DNA of 39,527 nucleotides from Nitrospirae bacterium MYbin3 (GTDB lineage Bacteria > Nitrospirota > Thermodesulfovibrionia > Thermodesulfovibrionales > Dissulfurispiraceae), in contig PEAD01000008.1 in assembly GCA_002753335.1 (NCBI GenBank), positions 62,001-101,527 on the forward strand. Reading direction: 5' to 3'. The notes under the pieces are model-generated. The model worked only from the letters and a program-made list of their open reading frames with translations. It was not told where the DNA came from and searched no databases. This document shows, piece after piece, positions 27,360 to 36,571 of the stretch. The position numbers and the translations under genes were made by a program. The stretch's first letter is position 1. Every line of letters starts with the position of its first letter.

Positions 27360-29597
27360 TTAGCCGAGGCGCAGAAAATCGTTCAAAGTGCTGTCGGGAA
27401 AAGAGTCCTCTTCCTCATATATTTCTGGCCTAACTGACCCTTCACTCATGCCCGAGGCTAAAATTTGGTATATCATCTGCTCTGCCGACATATATGACAT
27501 CTCCGGTTCTTGAGCAATGGGTTTAGGGGGCGGTGGTGGTGATTGGAGGACGGGGGCTGAGTACTGCACCGGCTTCTTTTCTGGCTCCTTTAGCTTAGAG
27601 AGATGCTCCATCGGTATCTTGGCAAGAATCTCCTCAAAGGTCGAGATTCCATCCTTAACTTTGTTGAAAGCATCTTCAAACAGAAAACTAACGCCATCCT
27701 TTTTCGCCTGAATAAAGAGCTCGCTTTCTGTTGCACCTGTCGCAAGAATTCTTTTGAATTCAGCAGTCATTGACAGAAATTCATAAACAGCTATTCTGCC
27801 AGAATAGCCGGAGTGGCCGCATTTAGCGCAGCCCGACCCTTTCCAGAATTTTTGGGGCGGGTTGAGCCCTAAAGATTTCATTGTGGCTGCTGTTTCTGGT
27901 GGAACATCCATCTCTATCTTGCAAGAAGTACATATTCTTCTAACAAGCCGCTGTGCTACAACACCGCTAAGGGCCGAACTAACAATGTAGGAAGGTATGC
28001 CCATTTCGATAAGTCTTGTGACAGTAGCAATTGTATTGTTTGTGTGGAGGGTACTTAAAACAAAGTGCCCTGTAAGAGCAGCCTTCATTGCTGTTTCGGC
28101 AGTCTCTAGGTCTCTGATTTCTCCTAACATAATTACATCAGGGTCTTGTCGAAGAATAGATTTTAGTATCGACGCAAAGGTTCTTCCCACAGCATCGTTA
28201 ACTTGCTGCTGCGTTATGCCTTCAAGTTTATATTCTGCAGGGTCCTCGATAGTGACAACCTTTCTCGCATCTGAACGCAGTTCGTTCAGGCTTGAATACA
28301 GCGTGGTTGTTTTTCCGCTGCCGGTAGGCCCTGTAACAAGAAGCATTCCCTGCGGCCTTTTAAATACCTCTACAAGCTTTGTTTTTATATTTTCTGGCAT
28401 GCCAAGCGCATCTATCGTAATAATTCCTGCGCTGTGATCAAGAATTCTTATAACTATCTGCTCTCCATAAACCGTCGGAGCGGTTGCCACTCTTAGATCG
28501 ATTTCTTTGTTGTTGAAAGAGACATGAGTGCTTCCGTCCTGCGGCACTCGCCTGTTAGTGATATCCAGCTTCGAGATTATTTTAATCCTAGACACCACAG
28601 AAGGATGGACATCTTTTTGGTACTTGAAAACATTTTGGAGTTCACCGTCCACCCTGAATCTTATCTGAACATATTTGTCACGCGGCTCAATATGGATGTC
28701 ACTTGCCCTTGATTTGCTGCCTTCCGCTACAAGCATTGCTACCAGCTTAACGATAGGCGGGAAGTTGCTCTTTGAGTAAAGCATATCAATATTCATGTTG
28801 CCTTCATCTTCTTCCTGTTGCTCTACAAACTCCACTTCTTTGTCCGCATTGATGTCATCGCCCAGCTGTGCAAAAATATTGTCCTCAACCGATGTTTCTG
28901 CTGCGGCAACATAATTTTTTTCTATTGCTTTTAATATTGCCCAGTCATAGCTTATGAGTGGGGTGATTTTTAATCCTGTCTTGAAAGAGAGCTCATCGAT
29001 AGCCTGATAATCCAGCGGGTCTGCCATAGCGATTATAAGCGTGTTCCCCTTCTTCTCGAGAGGGATCAGCATATTTTTTTCTGCAGTCTCTTTGCTTACC
29101 AGTACTTGAAGCTCCCCCAATATGTCGTATTCAGCGCAGGATATTATCGGAATCTTAAGTTTTTCTGAAATGCCTTCCGCAATCTGGTCTTTGGTAACAA
29201 ATCCGAGATCAATCAATATCTGGCCGATTTTGCCCTTCTTTTCCTTTTGCGTCTGGAGCGCCTGAGTCAATTGCTCCTCGGTAATTATTTTTGCATCAAT
29301 AAGGATGTCACCCAGTCTTTTTCTTTGGATGCCGGTTTTAGACTTGATCTGCTGTGTAAGAAGGGATGACATCTGGCTTACGGTCAGATAGCCAAGATCT
29401 ACAAGCGTATCGCCCAGTTTTTTCTTGGATGTTTTCTGAATATCGAGTGCTTTGTCGAGCTGCTCTTTGGTGACCATTTTTGAGTCCATCAAATAGTCGC
29501 CAAGCTTTTTGGGGGGTGCAGCAGGTGAAGCAGACTTAACTGCCACAGCAGCAGGCTTTAATGGCGGCTGCAGTTTTTGTTGGGTTTTATCTTCCAT
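27360..29597 (-). CDS. PilB/GspE-family assembly ATPase with tandem MshEN-like N-terminal motifs
   Basis: ASDIHIEP, GPTGSGKTT, TIEDPAEY, LRQDPDVIMLGEIRD, TGHFVLSTLHTN, CTSC...CAKC; four (K/R)(L/I)G repeats at the N-terminus. Confidence 0.93.
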   Translation of the reverse strand: MEDKTQQKLQPPLKPAAVAVKSASPAAPPKKLGDYLMDSKMVTKEQLDKALDIQKTSKKKLGDTLVDLGYLTVSQMSSLLTQQIKSKTGIQRKRLGDILIDAKIITEEQLTQALQTQKEKKGKIGQILIDLGFVTKDQIAEGISEKLKIPIISCAEYDILGELQVLVSKETAEKNMLIPLEKKGNTLIIAMADPLDYQAIDELSFKTGLKITPLISYDWAILKAIEKNYVAAAETSVEDNIFAQLGDDINADKEVEFVEQQEEDEGNMNIDMLYSKSNFPPIVKLVAMLVAEGSKSRASDIHIEPRDKYVQIRFRVDGELQNVFKYQKDVHPSVVSRIKIISKLDITNRRVPQDGSTHVSFNNKEIDLRVATAPTVYGEQIVIRILDHSAGIITIDALGMPENIKTKLVEVFKRPQGMLLVTGPTGSGKTTTLYSSLNELRSDARKVVTIEDPAEYKLEGITQQQVNDAVGRTFASILKSILRQDPDVIMLGEIRDLETAETAMKAALTGHFVLSTLHTNNTIATVTRLIEMGIPSYIVSSALSGVVAQRLVRRICTSCKIEMDVPPETAATMKSLGLNPPQKFWKGSGCAKCGHSGYSGRIAVYEFLSMTAEFKRILATGATESELFIQAKKDGVSFLFEDAFNKVKDGISTFEEILAKIPMEHLSKLKEPEKKPVQYSAPVLQSPPPPPKPIAQEPEMSYMSAEQMIYQILASGMSEGSVRPEIYEEEDSFPDSTLNDFLRLG

Positions 29598-29694
29598 ATA
29601 TTTTTAGAATTGCTATTATTATATCTATCATATGCTTAATATATAATATTATCGTGGAATGCAAATTTGTTATTAATTTCTAGTAGGAGGTTCT

Positions 29695-29853
29695 ATGTCC
29701 GGAGAAAAAAATCTTTGCATCATTTGCGCTTATCGGGGAACCTGCAATAAACAGTTTTCTTTGCCGGCAGGCAGAAAATGCCCTGATTTCGAAAAAGATC
29801 TGTCGCTCAAAGAGCAGCCGACCCCCACGACAACCGAATCACAAAAAAGTTAA
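29695..29853 (+). CDS. Unannotated 52-aa four-cysteine protein
   Basis: SD AGGAGG-N4-ATG; MSGEKNLCIICAYRGTCNKQFSLPAGRKCPDFEKDLSLKEQPTPTTTESQKS*; hairpin follows. Confidence 0.75.
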   Translation: MSGEKNLCIICAYRGTCNKQFSLPAGRKCPDFEKDLSLKEQPTPTTTESQKS

Positions 29854-29868
29854 ACTGCGTTTCTTGTA

Positions 29869-29894
29869 AATGCCCCGACTGATGTCGGGGCATT
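29869..29894. terminator. Likely bidirectional terminator hairpin
   Basis: AATGCCCCGAC-tgat-GTCGGGGCATT, 11-bp perfect stem between two convergent small ORFs. Confidence 0.75.
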
Positions 29895-29897
29895 AAA

Positions 29898-29984
29898 TTA
29901 TTTCTTTTTTGCGGCAGGTTTCTTGGTTGCGGGTTTCTTAGTTCCGCATTTGCTCTTAGTTGCAGCGGATGACTTGCAGGCCAT
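29898..29984 (-). CDS. Unannotated 28-aa Lys/Ala-rich basic peptide with two Cys
   Basis: SD AAGGAGG upstream of ATG; MACKSSAATKSKCGTKKPATKKPAAKKK*; stop 3 nt before the terminator hairpin. Confidence 0.7.
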   Translation of the reverse strand: MACKSSAATKSKCGTKKPATKKPAAKKK

Positions 29985-30077
29985 TGCCCCTCCTTTCTCT
30001 GCCCTGCCATATGGCAGCATTTATGTTGCAAGATATTATTTATTATGAATTTTACTGCATTAAAACTGCAAACAATT

Positions 30078-30851
30078 TTATTTTTTCCTCTCGAACATTG
30101 CTCCGGCAATCAGCACAAAAACTGCGGAGCATACTGCGACAACAGCAATATCAACCGCAAGCGAAAAATCATGGGTCAGAGACATTCCGCTCTTGGCAGG
30201 GAACACCATGTATTTAAGCGCGTCTATGCCGTAAGTCAGAGGGTTAAGCATGGTCAGGAATCCGAGCGCCGCAGGCAGAGTTTTAACCGGGTACATGGCA
30301 CCCGAGAGAAAGAACATCGGCATAACGATAAAATTCATAATCACGCTGAAGCTTTCGAAGTTTTCATAAAATGTTGCTATGAGTATTCCGAGCGATGCCA
30401 AACAAAAGGCAAGTCCTACGCACATTAGGATTATGAGTAGGAATTGAACCGCGCCGATGTTCAAGCCGATAACAGGAAACAACATCAGTATTATAACGGC
30501 CTGAATGGTTGATACGAGAGTCCCGCTTAGCGCCTTTCCGACAACTATCGAGAACCTCGAAACCGGGGCCACCAGCATCTCTTTCATGAAGCCGAATTCC
30601 TTGTCCCAGATTATCGAGATGGACGAAAATATTGAACTGAACAGTATTGTCATGCCTAGTATTCCGGGGAATATAAACTGCATATAGGGCATACCCATGT
30701 CCGGACTTACCATGCGCGACATGCCGCCTCCCACAAGAAAAAGCCAGATAAGAGGCCTGGCAAGCGTCGAGACAAGCTTGCCTTTTTCACGCACAAATTT
30801 TATAAGTTCGCGCGCTACTATCACATATATTGCGTTAAAGTTTGTACTCAT
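30078..30851 (-). CDS. ABC-2 type exporter permease (DrrB-like)
   Basis: Multi-TM; FIFPGIL, WDKEFGFMKEMLVAPVSR, PMFFLSGAMYP, NPLTYGIDAL. Confidence 0.92.
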   Translation of the reverse strand: MSTNFNAIYVIVARELIKFVREKGKLVSTLARPLIWLFLVGGGMSRMVSPDMGMPYMQFIFPGILGMTILFSSIFSSISIIWDKEFGFMKEMLVAPVSRFSIVVGKALSGTLVSTIQAVIILMLFPVIGLNIGAVQFLLIILMCVGLAFCLASLGILIATFYENFESFSVIMNFIVMPMFFLSGAMYPVKTLPAALGFLTMLNPLTYGIDALKYMVFPAKSGMSLTHDFSLAVDIAVVAVCSAVFVLIAGAMFERKK

Positions 30852-31834
30852 TTTTTGTCGAACTTCTTTCTGTATGATCGAATCGAAGCTTTCAGTTCAT
30901 CACCGCTTCCCTGTGCTTCATCTCTTATAGCCTTACCAGTAAGCTTCAAAAATACATCGTTTAGCGTCGGCCTCTGAAGCCTGACAGAAAGCACCATATC
31001 CGCAAGAGAGTTGATAAGCTTGGGTATGCAAGCATCACCTTTGACCGCCTGAATAAAAAGCTCCCCGTTTTTTTCTTCAGAGTCAATGCCCATAGTTTTT
31101 TTCAGCTCTGAAGCTGCAAGCGCGTTATTCGTGGTTTTAAGATAGATTACGTCTCCACCCACCATCTTTTTGAGTTCCTCAGGAGTTCCGTTGACAATAA
31201 TTCGGCCCTTGTCGATTATCGCTATCCTGTTGCATATCTCGGCCTCTTCCATGTAATGAGTGGTCATAAAAACGGTCACACCGCTTTTTTCGGGAAGCTT
31301 AGAGATGAACTCCCAAAGATTTGCCCTGCTTTGCGGATCGAGCCCGAGCGTGGGTTCATCCAAAAATAGAACTGCCGGCTCATGGATTATGCCTCGCGCC
31401 ACTTCCAATCGGCGTTTCATGCCTCCCGAAAATTTTTTCACCTGATCGTCTTTTCTGTCGTAAAGACCGATAAAATCAAGCGCCGAATCAATTTTTTTCT
31501 TATGCAGATTTTTAGGAACGCCGTACAGATAGGCATGGAAGCTGAGGTTTTCGTAAGCGGTAAGCTCTTTGTCCAACGTGGTGTCCTGAAAAACGATACC
31601 GATTTTTTTTCGCACCTCAGAGGAATGAGTCATGCAGTCAAAGCCGTCAATGGTTGCTGTTCCCGATGTGGGAGACAACAGTGTGCAGAGAATATTGATA
31701 GTCGTAGTTTTTCCTGCGCCGTTCGGGCCTAAAAAACCGAATATCGAGTTTTTTTCGGCCTCAAACGATATGCCGTCAACCGCGGCGATTGAGCCAAAAT
31801 GTTTTGTGAGATTTTCGACTTTGATTATAAACAT
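30848..31834 (-). CDS. ABC exporter ATP-binding subunit (DrrA-like)
   Basis: GPNGAGKTT, FSGGMKRR, LDEPTLGLDP, TTHYMEEA, PTLNDVFLKLTG. Start reassigned to ATG 31834 (MFIIKVENL), since the longer ORF overlaps the toxin. Confidence 0.93.
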   Translation of the reverse strand: MFIIKVENLTKHFGSIAAVDGISFEAEKNSIFGFLGPNGAGKTTTINILCTLLSPTSGTATIDGFDCMTHSSEVRKKIGIVFQDTTLDKELTAYENLSFHAYLYGVPKNLHKKKIDSALDFIGLYDRKDDQVKKFSGGMKRRLEVARGIIHEPAVLFLDEPTLGLDPQSRANLWEFISKLPEKSGVTVFMTTHYMEEAEICNRIAIIDKGRIIVNGTPEELKKMVGGDVIYLKTTNNALAASELKKTMGIDSEEKNGELFIQAVKGDACIPKLINSLADMVLSVRLQRPTLNDVFLKLTGKAIRDEAQGSGDELKASIRSYRKKFDKK

Positions 31835-31839
31835 GGTTT

Positions 31840-32184
31840 TTATTGCACAATTCCAAACACAACCCGCAACGCATTTGCTACCCCGGCAAGCGCGCTGTCT
31901 GTTATGACTCCCATGCGCTTTATCAGGCGCTCTTCCGATACAGAGCGCACCTGAAAAACATCTATTGCCGAAGGTTTTTTGAGGTTGTTCTGTTTGTCGG
32001 GACTGACAAGCACCATCCAAGGCACATCACGATATTTGTCCTTGAAATCGGTAATGGGCGCGATTATCTTCAGCGGGAGCGCTCCAATGCTGTCATCATT
32101 AATAATTACGCATGGCCTTGTTTTTTTTATCTCGGCCCCTATTGTCGGTTCGAGATTGATGAGCCAGATTTCTTTTTGCTTCAT
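31840..32184 (-). CDS. Type II toxin, PemK/MazF family endoribonuclease
   Basis: EIWLINLEPTIGAEIKKTRPCVII, IAPIT, QVRSVSEERL. Confidence 0.92.
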   Translation of the reverse strand: MKQKEIWLINLEPTIGAEIKKTRPCVIINDDSIGALPLKIIAPITDFKDKYRDVPWMVLVSPDKQNNLKKPSAIDVFQVRSVSEERLIKRMGVITDSALAGVANALRVVFGIVQ

Positions 32185-32432
32185 TTAAAATCCTCGCTGT
32201 CAAGCGCGGTAAAGACGGTCAGTTCCTTATTGGTTTTATATTCCTCCGCCATCATCGCCGCAGTCTTTCTGAGCTTCTGTTTTTTATGCTCCCGCGCGAA
32301 CTTCATGAACGCCTTTTTAAAAAGCTCGGACTTGGAGACATTCAGCTCTTTTTTAAGTTTATCAATGTCTTTTGAAATGTCTGTGGGCAGAGAAATCGTA
32401 ACCCTTTCGTAAGCCGGAGCAACTCTTTGCAT
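32181..32432 (-). CDS. Ribbon-helix-helix (CopG-like) antitoxin
   Basis: RVTISLP...SKSELFKKA, acidic C-terminus; ATGA overlap with the toxin; SD GAGGTGA. Confidence 0.85.
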   Translation of the reverse strand: MQRVAPAYERVTISLPTDISKDIDKLKKELNVSKSELFKKAFMKFAREHKKQKLRKTAAMMAEEYKTNKELTVFTALDSEDFK

Positions 32433-32440
32433 AAATCACC

Positions 32441-32467
32441 TCTTAAATATTTTCTTAAATTATAGCA
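32441..32467 (-). promoter_or_regulatory. TA promoter (extended -10) with candidate operator repeats
   Basis: Minus strand TGcTATAAT (32459-32467), then ATTTAAGA twice with 12-bp period. Confidence 0.55.
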
Positions 32468-32481
32468 TAATATCCGCTGTC

Positions 32482-32511
32482 TTGACGCGATTTAGTGCTA
32501 TTAAATAGAAT
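32482..32511 (+). promoter_or_regulatory. Putative sigma70 promoter for osmC-mqnB
   Basis: TTGACG-N18-TAGAAT. Confidence 0.5.
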
Positions 32512-32546
32512 TTCATAATCTGCAAAAGAAAGAGGAGACATAACAA

Positions 32547-33038
32547 ATGGACGAAAAAGATAAGCTTGAAGAATCGCTTAGCGGATACAAGGAAAAAATA
32601 AGTCCTCAGGTAAAAGGCAGTTTGACTTGGGACAAAGACCTGATATTTGTGGGCAGGAGTCAGGAAGGATATGAGATTGAGTTCGATGCTCATGTCCAGT
32701 GGGGCTGCAAACCTACGGACGCATTGTTGCTAAGCCTTGCTGGCTGCATGGGCATTGATGTTGTAATGTTTTTGCAGAAGATGAAAGTGGCAATTGCAGA
32801 CTTTAAAATTGATATTGTCGCAGAAAGAAACCCTACTCCTCCACAGTATTTCAAGGCGGTCGATATGGTGCTGAAAATCGGTGGAAAAAATCTCGACCCT
32901 AAAAAGGTGGATCGCGCAGTAAAGCTTTCTCACGAAAAATACTGCTCGGTTTACAACTCGCTCAGAAAAGATATGGATGTAAAGGTTAGATATGTTCTTG
33001 AAGAAAAAGAGCCCGCCCCCAAGGAAGACAAGAAATAA
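32547..33038 (+). CDS. OsmC/YhfA family protein
   Basis: PTDALLLSLAGCMGIDV and AVKLSHEKYCSV Cys pair. Confidence 0.88.
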   Translation: MDEKDKLEESLSGYKEKISPQVKGSLTWDKDLIFVGRSQEGYEIEFDAHVQWGCKPTDALLLSLAGCMGIDVVMFLQKMKVAIADFKIDIVAERNPTPPQYFKAVDMVLKIGGKNLDPKKVDRAVKLSHEKYCSVYNSLRKDMDVKVRYVLEEKEPAPKEDKK

Positions 33039-33043
33039 AGTTT

Positions 33044-33742
33044 ATGTTAGGCATAATCGCTTCGACCATTTTTGAAGCAGCCATTCTTATAGAAAAACTT
33101 TCATCGAAAAAAGAATCAACTATTCAGGGCAAGCTTTTTTTCGAAGGCCGATTTAACAACACCGCTGCAACTATTTGTATCTGCGGCATCGGAAAAGCAA
33201 ACGCAGCACATGGCGCTGCTGTGCTTATCGAGAGGTTTAATCCTGACGAGGTGCTCAATATAGGTGTTGCTGGAGCTTTTCCATCTTCGGGTTTATCGGT
33301 GGGAGATGTTGTTGTGGCTGAGCGTGAGATTTATGGTGATGAAGGCTTGGCGACCGCAGATGCTTTTTATACGATGGACTCTCTAAATCTTCCGCTTCTA
33401 TCGGGGGGGAAAGACTATTTCAACGAGTTTCCTATGTCTATCCCTGACGCGCTTCGGGATTTTAAAAATAAGGGAGCATTCCTGACAGTTTCGTTATGCA
33501 CGGGGACTCTCAAAAGGGCACTAGAGCTGGAGCGGCGGTTCAAGGCCGTATGCGAAAACATGGAAGGAGCGGCAGTAGCACAGGTTGGAATCTCAAACGG
33601 AACAGATGTTTGCGAAATAAGAGGAATAAGCAATGTTATAGAAGACCGACAAGGCGAGGCATTGGATAAGGCATCCATAAAAACAGCAGCAGAGGCTGTT
33701 CAGGATGTTTTTTGTCGATTTTTTATCAATTCTATTTCTTGA
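33044..33742 (+). CDS. mqnB: Futalosine hydrolase (MTA/SAH nucleosidase fold)
   Basis: [50 protein letters not shown]. Confidence 0.85.
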   Translation: MLGIIASTIFEAAILIEKLSSKKESTIQGKLFFEGRFNNTAATICICGIGKANAAHGAAVLIERFNPDEVLNIGVAGAFPSSGLSVGDVVVAEREIYGDEGLATADAFYTMDSLNLPLLSGGKDYFNEFPMSIPDALRDFKNKGAFLTVSLCTGTLKRALELERRFKAVCENMEGAAVAQVGISNGTDVCEIRGISNVIEDRQGEALDKASIKTAAEAVQDVFCRFFINSIS

Positions 33743-33768
33743 CAGCTCTATTTTAATCCGCTTAATAT
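33739..33768 (+). promoter_or_regulatory. Putative sigma70 promoter for yebC
   Basis: TTGACA (overlapping the mqnB stop)-N18-TAATAT. Confidence 0.45.
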
Positions 33769-33815
33769 ATTCTTTCAATAATTTTGGGCTTTGTATAAGG
33801 TTCTCGGAGGGGATT

Positions 33816-34550
33816 ATGTCAGGACATTCTAAATGGTCTCAAATTAAGCATAAAAAGGCCGCGACCGATGCAAAGCGCGGTAAGATATTCACGAAGATCG
33901 TTAAGGAAATAGCGGTTGCTGCAAGAACCAGCGGCGGCGATCCGGACGGCAATCCCCGGCTAAGAACAGCCCTCGAAAAAGCAAAAGAAGTGAATATGCC
34001 TGCAGAGAATATCAAGAGGGCTATAATGAAAGGCACCGGAGAACTGCCGGGCATGGCCTATGAGGAAAGTGTTTATGAGGGCTACGGCCCCGGAGGAGTC
34101 GCGCTGCTGATTGAAGTGCTCAGCGACAACAAAAACAGAACTGTATCCGAGATAAGGCATACCCTTTCCAAAAATGGAGGCAGTTTAGGCGAAAGCGGAT
34201 GCGTTGCATGGATGTTCGAGAAAAAAGGCTATATACTCGTTGAGAAATCGTCTATTGACGAGGATGCCTTGATGACAATAGCTTTAGATGCCGGCGCTGA
34301 TGACATGAAAAACGATCCAGATGAAGAAAATTATGAAATACTGACAGTTCCAGAAAGTTTTTCCTCTGTAAAAGAAGCGCTCGAAAAGAATAAAATTCCG
34401 CTTTCTCTTGCAGAGATAACGATGCTTCCTAAAAATTATATTGACCTTGAAGGCAGCGCTGCCGACCAGATGGTTAGGCTGATGGAAGCGCTCGAAGACA
34501 ATGTTAATGTTCAGAATGTTTATGCCAACTTCGATGTTCCGGACGCATAG
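33816..34550 (+). CDS. yebC: YebC/PmpR (TACO1) family protein
   Basis: Canonical N-terminus [14 protein letters not shown] at ATG 33816 with [21 protein letters not shown]. Confidence 0.95.
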   Translation: MSGHSKWSQIKHKKAATDAKRGKIFTKIVKEIAVAARTSGGDPDGNPRLRTALEKAKEVNMPAENIKRAIMKGTGELPGMAYEESVYEGYGPGGVALLIEVLSDNKNRTVSEIRHTLSKNGGSLGESGCVAWMFEKKGYILVEKSSIDEDALMTIALDAGADDMKNDPDEENYEILTVPESFSSVKEALEKNKIPLSLAEITMLPKNYIDLEGSAADQMVRLMEALEDNVNVQNVYANFDVPDA

Positions 34551-34586
34551 CACAAAAAAGCCTGCGTTGTTTCTAAGCAGGTTCAA

Positions 34587-35213
34587 ATGACCGAATCAAT
34601 ACATATCACATTTAAGAGAAAATTCTTGGCAGGGCTCTTCGTAACTATTCCTGCCGCAATAACAATCCTTGTTGTAACAGCTCTTTTCAGGTTTGTTGAT
34701 GGCATATTGGGGCCTGTCTTTGACATAATCCTCGGTACGCATATAGCCGGGCTTGGGTTCATTTCTGCGATTATCCTTGTTTTTTTTGTTGGCATTATTT
34801 CAACAAATATTTTTGGCAAAAGGATTTTAGGTTATGTCGAAAATCTATTCCTTCACATTCCTGTATTCAAAAGCCTTTACACTTCGGTCAAACAACTTGT
34901 TGATGCGTTTTCTCCAGAAAGCAAAAGCTCTTTCAAACAGTTTGTCATTGTCGAATATCCTAGGGCCGGAGTCTATGCCTTTGGTTTTCTAACAAAGGAA
35001 TGTGTTGTGGATTCAGGTGTATCAGAGAAACTTCTTAAGGCGGTTTATATTCCGACAAACAATCTGTATTTAGGAGAAATAGTGCTGATGAACGACAAGG
35101 ACATAATCTACACAGAAATTCCCATTGAAGAGGGCATAAGGATTATACTGTCAGGAGGAATATCAGCACCTTCTAAAATAGCCGGTGCGGTGCATAGGGA
35201 GCAGGTTGCATGA
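34587..35213 (+). CDS. DUF502 membrane protein
   Basis: FLAGLFVTIP, IPVFKSLYTSVKQL, VEYPRAG, VYIPT, IILSGG. Confidence 0.88.
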   Translation: MTESIHITFKRKFLAGLFVTIPAAITILVVTALFRFVDGILGPVFDIILGTHIAGLGFISAIILVFFVGIISTNIFGKRILGYVENLFLHIPVFKSLYTSVKQLVDAFSPESKSSFKQFVIVEYPRAGVYAFGFLTKECVVDSGVSEKLLKAVYIPTNNLYLGEIVLMNDKDIIYTEIPIEEGIRIILSGGISAPSKIAGAVHREQVA

Positions 35214-36571
35214 ATATTGCGGTTGTAATTCTTGCGGCAGGGCTAGGCACTCGGATGAAGTCATCACTGCCTAAGGTTCTGCATAAGGTTTGCGGCAAGC
35301 CTATGGTTCGTTTGGTGGCAGAGACGGCAGCAGGACTGAAGCCTGAAAAAACAATTGTTGTTGTGGGTCCGGAGAGCGAAGGAATAAGGACCGCTCTCTC
35401 GGGTTTGCCGATAGAGTTTTGCGTTCAGAAAAAGCCTTTGGGCACAGGAGATGCGCTAAAGATTGCGAGTGCTTCTCTTGGTGGTTTTGAAGGGGATGTG
35501 CTTGTTCTGGGCGGGGATACGCCGCTGATTTCGGTTCAGACGCTCAAACTTTTTTTAGCACATCATAAGAAAATGCGCGAAGACATATCTCTTCTTTCTT
35601 TCAGGATAACAGGCAGCCACGCTTACGGAAGGATTATCCGGAAAGGAAACAGGGTTGATGCCATAGTTGAAGACAGAGACGCAAACGAAGAGCAGAAAAA
35701 AATCGATGAGGTAAACAGCGGAATTTATGCAATAAGACATTCATGCCTCGACCTGATAAAGAAAATAAAAGAAAACAAGGCAAAAGGGGAATACTATCTT
35801 ACCGACATTGTGAAATTGGCTGTGGACAAAGGTTTGCGGGTTGGCGGCCATGCGCTTTCGGACGAACTGGAGCTTTCGGGCATTAACACCAGACATGAGC
35901 TTCATGCAGCAGAAAAATTCATGCAGCAGAAAATCGTATCCGGATGGATGTCCAAAGGGGTTTCCTTTATTGATGCGGGGGCGGTCTTTATCCATCAGAA
36001 TGTGGAGCTAGAAGCCGATACTCTAATCTATCCCAACGTGCATATAGAAGGGAGCACAACAATCGGCCATGGATGCGTGATATATCCGGGCGTAAGAATC
36101 GCAAACTGCATAATCGGAAATAATGTGACGATAAAAGACTCAACTGTTATCGAAGATTCTACTGTCATGAACGGCGCCGCTGTAGGGCCCTTCGCACATA
36201 TAAGGCCCAAGTCCGTAATCGGGGCTTCGGTTAAAGTGGGCAACTTTGTCGAAATAAAAAAAACAGTTTTAGGCGAGGGCACAAAAGCCTCACATCTCAG
36301 CTATCTTGGTGACGCAGAAATAGGAAAGAATGTTAACATTGGTGCAGGCACTATAACTTGCAACTATGACGGCAAAAACAAGAACAAGACGATTATTGAA
36401 GACAATGTTTTTATAGGCAGCGACACTCAGCTCATCGCTCCGGTGACCGTAAAAAAAGGCTCTTATGTTGGAGCGGGCTCAACCATAACCAAGGACGTTC
36501 CGGCCGAATCTCTTGCTGTGAGCAGAGCTGACCAGCGAATTATTCATGGATGGGCAAAAAAGAAAAAATAG
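35210..36571 (+). CDS. glmU: Bifunctional UDP-GlcNAc pyrophosphorylase / glucosamine-1-P acetyltransferase
   Basis: LAAGLGTRMKS..PKVLH, EYYLTD, hexapeptide repeats, GNFVEIK, HLSYLGDA, NYDG. Confidence 0.97.
   Translation: MNIAVVILAAGLGTRMKSSLPKVLHKVCGKPMVRLVAETAAGLKPEKTIVVVGPESEGIRTALSGLPIEFCVQKKPLGTGDALKIASASLGGFEGDVLVLGGDTPLISVQTLKLFLAHHKKMREDISLLSFRITGSHAYGRIIRKGNRVDAIVEDRDANEEQKKIDEVNSGIYAIRHSCLDLIKKIKENKAKGEYYLTDIVKLAVDKGLRVGGHALSDELELSGINTRHELHAAEKFMQQKIVSGWMSKGVSFIDAGAVFIHQNVELEADTLIYPNVHIEGSTTIGHGCVIYPGVRIANCIIGNNVTIKDSTVIEDSTVMNGAAVGPFAHIRPKSVIGASVKVGNFVEIKKTVLGEGTKASHLSYLGDAEIGKNVNIGAGTITCNYDGKNKNKTIIEDNVFIGSDTQLIAPVTVKKGSYVGAGSTITKDVPAESLAVSRADQRIIHGWAKKKK

Noticed and set aside
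29807..30217. 100-aa (minus) and 85-aa (plus) ORFs in the track
   Set aside because: The 100-aa ORF runs through the terminator hairpin and both overlap the permease; the two SD-led microproteins explain the region better.
31835..32020. Cys-rich N-terminal extension of the ABC ATPase
   Set aside because: It is an alternate frame of the MazF gene; the ABC domain begins at ATG 31834.
33705..33815. N-terminal extension of YebC
   Set aside because: Canonical MSGHSKW start with SD at 33816; the extension spans the predicted promoter.
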